21,511 nucleotides of DNA from a bacterium. GTDB lineage: Bacteria > UBA6262 > WVXT01. The DNA lies in NCBI GenBank assembly GCA_046759165.1, contig JBHIBS010000025.1, forward strand, positions 1 through 21,511. The letters run 5' to 3'. Every line of letters starts with the position of its first letter. The first letter of the stretch is position 1. This document shows positions 17,581 to 21,511 of the stretch, piece by piece. Below the pieces are notes generated by a model. The model saw only the letters and a list, made by a program, of their open reading frames with translations, made no database searches and was not told the DNA's origin. Both the position numbers and the translations under genes were made by a program.

Positions 17581-18480
17581 ATGAAAATGAAATTAATTGT
17601 AAATCCTTTATCTGGTGGCAAGAAAGTAGAAACTTACCTTCCCAAAATTAGAGAAATTCTGGGAAGGGATAATTTACTTAGTTTAGCTATAACTGAAGAG
17701 AAAAATAGTGCCTTTCAGGAAGCTCAGAAAGTAAGCCAAGAAGAGTATAACCTGATTGTGGTCTGTGGAGGCGATGGGACTTTAAATGAGGTAATTAATG
17801 GCGTGGTATCTTTCAACAGTTCCATTCCTATAGGATTTGTTCCCTGCGGTACAAGTAATATTTATGCGCTTTCTACAGGCATTCCCCTTAACCCTATCCA
17901 AGCCTGTGAAATTGTTCTTAAAAAATATGTAAGGAAAATCGATCTTGGGAAAGTGGGGACTGGCATTTCTGCCCGCTACTTTGTTTCCATGGCAGGAATA
18001 GGATACGATGCTTCCGTAATTCAATCACTGAAGCCTAAGCTGGTAAGAACTTTTGGGGGGATTCCTGCCCATTTAGTAGCAGGAGTGTCTGCGTTGATTA
18101 AGTACCAGGTAACTGAACTTTCTATTAAACTGGATGGCTCTTCCTGTCGAGGCTTTCAGGCCATCATTTCCAACGGGAGTTTCTACGGCATATCCTCCAT
18201 AATTGCTCCTGAAGCCGACATGACTGATGGCTATCTGGACATTATTCTATTTAAAAATGGTAGAAGAAGAGATATTCTTCGTTATGTCTTGGGCATTTTG
18301 AGGGAACGGCATCTCTGTTTTAAGGATGTCGAATATACTAGAGCTAAGAAGATAGAGATCGATGCTCCGAACGAAGTCTGGATACAGGTTGATGGAGAAA
18401 TTATGGGCACTCTCCCTCAAAAGTTCGAAGTTTATCCTCGGGCTATTCAGGTAATTTTGCCCGAGACAAGATTTGCTTGA
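17581..18480 (+). CDS. Diacylglycerol/sphingosine kinase family lipid kinase (YegS/DagK-like)
   Basis: IVNPLSG, CGGDGTLNEVING, PCGTSN, IDLG, AGIGYDA, NGSFYG, DGYLD, QVDGE. Start set at ATG 17581 (or 17587) because the ORF-track start at 17533 lies inside the predicted promoter. Confidence 0.9.
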   Translation: MKMKLIVNPLSGGKKVETYLPKIREILGRDNLLSLAITEEKNSAFQEAQKVSQEEYNLIVVCGGDGTLNEVINGVVSFNSSIPIGFVPCGTSNIYALSTGIPLNPIQACEIVLKKYVRKIDLGKVGTGISARYFVSMAGIGYDASVIQSLKPKLVRTFGGIPAHLVAGVSALIKYQVTELSIKLDGSSCRGFQAIISNGSFYGISSIIAPEADMTDGYLDIILFKNGRRRDILRYVLGILRERHLCFKDVEYTRAKKIEIDAPNEVWIQVDGEIMGTLPQKFEVYPRAIQVILPETRFA

Positions 18481-19198
18481 TAATGGAGGAAGATTGAGAT
18501 TCATTGAAACCTTAAAAGAAGGGGATTGGAAAGTAAAAATTCTTCTCCTTTCCGTCCCCGTGATTCTATTGATCTACATCTATCATGGAATGGACGAGGC
18601 ATTTGCACGGTATTTTTCTCATCTTTCTAACTTATACTATTTCGACATATATCGTTATGTTTACCAATTTTTGGCTACACTCATTCTGTTTCTTCTCTTT
18701 CCTTTAATAATTGTAAAATTGGTTTTCAAGGAGAAACTTAAGGATTACGGACTGACCCTGGGAGATAAAAGATATGGTTTACGATTTATTATTATAACTA
18801 TTCCTCTTATTGTAACTCCAATAATACTTCTGGGGTCGCATATGCCACAGGTTCGCGCAGAATACCCGCTATCGAAACTGGCCCAAGATAATGTTTCGGT
18901 TTTCTTGTTGTATGAACTTTCTTATGTCTTTCTATATTATGTGGGCTGGGAGTTCTTCTTTAGAGGATACATGCTATTTGGATTGAGAGAAAAATTTGGT
19001 GATACCTATGCAATTTTACTTCAAGTTATTCCCTCTTCTCTCTTGCATTTTAATAAACCAGAGCCTGAATTTTTAGGGTCAATAGTTCTGGGAATAGTAT
19101 TGGGCTACCTTGCTTTGCGAACTCGGTCTATATTGTATCCCTTCATAATCCATTCCTACATAGGAGTCTCCACTGACCTGTTCATAACTATCCTGTAG
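18473..19198 (+). CDS. CPBP (Abi/CAAX type II) intramembrane glutamic protease-like protein
   Basis: Multiple TM helices; WEFFFRG, LLH, RTRSILYPFIIH motifs; start overlaps the kinase stop. Confidence 0.82.
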   Translation: MLDNGGRLRFIETLKEGDWKVKILLLSVPVILLIYIYHGMDEAFARYFSHLSNLYYFDIYRYVYQFLATLILFLLFPLIIVKLVFKEKLKDYGLTLGDKRYGLRFIIITIPLIVTPIILLGSHMPQVRAEYPLSKLAQDNVSVFLLYELSYVFLYYVGWEFFFRGYMLFGLREKFGDTYAILLQVIPSSLLHFNKPEPEFLGSIVLGIVLGYLALRTRSILYPFIIHSYIGVSTDLFITIL

Positions 19199-19233
19199 TC
19201 GCAAAAAGTATTGAAAGTAGGCGAGGAATCCAG

Positions 19234-20244
19234 GTGAAAGCCTTTATTACTGGAATAAATGGCTTTATTGGAAGCAATTTGGCAGCACGCCTAATCGAAG
19301 AGGGTCAAGAAGTATCGGGTCTGGTGAGGAAAACCAGCGACCTCTCTTTCCTTGAAGGGTTAAAAGTAAAATTATTTTTTGGAGATCTGTCGAATAGAGC
19401 TCTACTAAATAAAGCTACCCAGGGAGTAAATGTAGTATACCACGTAGCAGGATTGGCATCCGATTGGGGACCAATAGAACTATTTAGAAAAATAAATGTA
19501 GAAGGTACCAAAAACCTCCTGGAAAGCTCAGTCAAGTCTGGAGTCAAAAGGTTCGTTTTTATCAGTTCTGCCGCGGTTCATGGTTTTGGAGGCTTTCACA
19601 ATGCTACTGAGGATTCCCAAAAGATGGCTACTATCTTTCCCTACTGTATAACTAAAAAGGAAGCAGAGGATTTGGTAAATAGATTCCATAGACAAAGAGG
19701 TCTACCCACATTGATTATCAGGCCCGGTAACGTTTTTGGGCCAAAAGATCGAACAACTTTTGTAAAAATGGCGCAACTCTTAGAGAAAGGGCAAATGGTC
19801 TACATTAACAGAGGAAGAGCTTTAACCTGTCCCACCTATATTGAAAATCTCGTAGATGCCGTTCTACTTGCTGGAGGGAGAAAGGATACAGTGGGAGAGA
19901 CATACATTATCACTGATGGGCTGAAAATCACCTGGAAGGAGTACATTGACAAGATTGCTGAGAAGCTCGGCGTGAGGCGACCTCTATTTTCAATCCCTTA
20001 CTGTTTAGCCTATTCTGCCGGTGGCATCTGTGAGGCAATCTTAAAATTGTTCAGGTCAAAGAGGCCACCTATAATAACTCGCTACAGAATAGCCAATGCG
20101 GGTAAGAATTACCATTTCAGCATAGAAAAAGCGAAGACTAAACTTGGCTACCAGCCAAGAGTCTCTCTGGATGAGGCTATACAGAGAACAGTGAAATGGT
20201 ATAAAAGTAGTTTAAAATATCGGATTAAGTCTTCGAAATCTTAA
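19234..20244 (+). CDS. NAD-dependent epimerase/dehydratase (extended SDR, 3-beta-HSD-like)
   Basis: ITGINGFIG, YHVAG, INVEGT, FISSAAV, catalytic YCITK, RPGNVFGP; GTG start with GAGG RBS. Confidence 0.9.
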   Translation: MKAFITGINGFIGSNLAARLIEEGQEVSGLVRKTSDLSFLEGLKVKLFFGDLSNRALLNKATQGVNVVYHVAGLASDWGPIELFRKINVEGTKNLLESSVKSGVKRFVFISSAAVHGFGGFHNATEDSQKMATIFPYCITKKEAEDLVNRFHRQRGLPTLIIRPGNVFGPKDRTTFVKMAQLLEKGQMVYINRGRALTCPTYIENLVDAVLLAGGRKDTVGETYIITDGLKITWKEYIDKIAEKLGVRRPLFSIPYCLAYSAGGICEAILKLFRSKRPPIITRYRIANAGKNYHFSIEKAKTKLGYQPRVSLDEAIQRTVKWYKSSLKYRIKSSKS

Positions 20245-20249
20245 TGCTT

Positions 20250-21371
20250 TCAAATATTGGTCTGATATACCCTGTACTTCTTGTATAATTTACCACCCAT
20301 CATTTCAGCTGCGCGCTGGGTTAAAATGTTGTCTTCCAGCACCCATGAGGACTCACAATATTTATAACCAACCCTCTGGGAACCTTTCAATCCTTCCAAC
20401 ATAAGGAGGGTCTCAATTCCTCTCTTCTGATACTCTTTTACCACCCCCAGAATCGGTAAACGCTGAGTAGTAATCCTCTTCCTGTACCATAGGAATTTCA
20501 GAAGAGTCCAGGGATTTAACCTCCCGTTCATCCTTTTCGTAACCTCGTTATAGTTGGGAACGGTAATTAACATTGCTACGGGCTTACTGTCTGCCTCAGC
20601 AATGGGAATTGTCCCGGGCACCAGAAAAGGCTTTAGCTTCATAGCTTCGGTGTAGAACTCTTCCTTTGTCCAGGGAACGAATCCCCAGTTTTTCTCCCAG
20701 GCATTATTATAGATTCTACGGACATTCTCCACTTCATTTTTCCAGTCTTTTAGATTGGCCTGTCGAATCTTAATGCCGGGACTTCTCTCCGTTATTTTCT
20801 CAGCTGCTTTTTCCAATTTTTCTAAGGGGCACTTCTCTACCTCTATCAAATAGGCAAAGAAATCCATCTCTTTAACTAAACCATATCTTTCCATAAAATC
20901 GATATAGTATTTTGGATTGTAGGTCATCAAAATGTAAGGGCTTGAGTCAAATCCTTCTAAAAGAACACCGACTTCGTCGTTGGTAGAAGGGTTCATCGGA
21001 CCGGCCATCTTTTCCATATTTTTCCCTTTTAGCCATTCCTTTACCCTGTTAAGCAAATTTTCGGCAATTGTGTAATCTTCCAAGGACTCGAAGAACCCAA
21101 AAAATCCCATCTTTTCATTGTGAAAATTTATGTAGTTATGGTCAATTATGGCGGAAATCCTCCCCACCAATTTGCCATTTCTTCCGGCAACGAAAAGCTC
21201 CTTTTCCGCATGTTGCCAGAAAGGGTTCTTTTCACTTAGAATAAGTTTTACATCCCTAATTAATGGTGGCACCCAGTAAGGGTCATTTTGATAAACCTTC
21301 CAAGGGAATTTTATAAAAGCCATCAACTCCTTCTTAGTTCTTACTTGTTTAATCTCAATATCTCCTGCCAT
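20250..21371 (-). CDS. YghO-like double-GNAT N-acyltransferase (candidate bacterial ceramide synthase)
   Basis: FIKFPWKVY..DPYWVPPL, VGRISAI, GFFGFFES, GPMNPSTN, YNPKYY, YNNAWEKNWGFVP, LGVVKEYQKRGI, ESSWVLEDN, YKKYRVY; RBS AAAGGAGGT. Confidence 0.8.
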   Translation of the reverse strand: MAGDIEIKQVRTKKELMAFIKFPWKVYQNDPYWVPPLIRDVKLILSEKNPFWQHAEKELFVAGRNGKLVGRISAIIDHNYINFHNEKMGFFGFFESLEDYTIAENLLNRVKEWLKGKNMEKMAGPMNPSTNDEVGVLLEGFDSSPYILMTYNPKYYIDFMERYGLVKEMDFFAYLIEVEKCPLEKLEKAAEKITERSPGIKIRQANLKDWKNEVENVRRIYNNAWEKNWGFVPWTKEEFYTEAMKLKPFLVPGTIPIAEADSKPVAMLITVPNYNEVTKRMNGRLNPWTLLKFLWYRKRITTQRLPILGVVKEYQKRGIETLLMLEGLKGSQRVGYKYCESSWVLEDNILTQRAAEMMGGKLYKKYRVYQTNI

Positions 21372-21379
21372 GTCTACCT

Positions 21380-21511
21380 CCTTTCGCTTCGCTCAATCCG
21401 GCCGGGGTTCTCACCATCTCGAACCCGTCGCCAGACTTGTCGCTCCTTATTCGTCCCGACGGCGACCCTTTCGCTTCGCTCAATCCGGCCGGGGTTCTCA
21501 CCATCTCGAAC
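21380..21511 (-). repeat. Direct repeat with 87-bp period containing the family B element, truncated by the window end
   Basis: 21380-21424 is identical to 21467-21511 (45 bp); 21402-21468 is homologous to 4827-4892. Confidence 0.88.

Noticed and set aside
344-19547. Numerous short antisense or overlapping ORFs in the six-frame track
   Set aside because: They are shadows of well-supported genes and have no recognisable motifs.
21380-21511. CRISPR array
   Set aside because: Only two repeats are visible, there are no cas genes, and the would-be spacer is itself homologous to the structured element at about 4850-4890.

Overview
Bacterial chromosomal window with no transposase, phage genes or CRISPR-Cas. 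From 129 to 16723 the genes lie on the - strand and are housekeeping: proA-nadD-LCP-rsfS-argS-MBL hydrolase, then hup-aminotransferase (AlaC-like)-hom-thrC-thrB-lysC-cimA-ilvD (threonine and branched-chain amino acid biosynthesis). From 16836 to 21371 there is a lipid-metabolism cluster: a divergent PlsY-like protein, a DAG/sphingosine-kinase-family protein, a CPBP membrane protease, an extended SDR and a YghO-like GNAT. This resembles a bacterial ceramide (bCerS/CerR/ceramide kinase) locus. The most striking unexplained signal is intergenic: at least three families of short structured repeats. They are (i) two ~180-bp rod-like elements with terminal inverted repeats (11156-11334, 15281-15460), (ii) a ~66-bp multi-stem element at 4827-4892 and again in an 87-bp-period direct repeat at 21380-21511, and (iii) CGTTAGAA..TTCTAACG palindromes (9663-9811, 11029-11048). 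Families (i) and (ii) show compensatory base changes between copies. They share a strand-specific design of tandem G.A mismatches and GAA triloops, suggesting folded single-stranded (possibly ssDNA, REP/MITE-like) elements. All protein calls come from motif recognition by eye; no database searches or folding programs were run.
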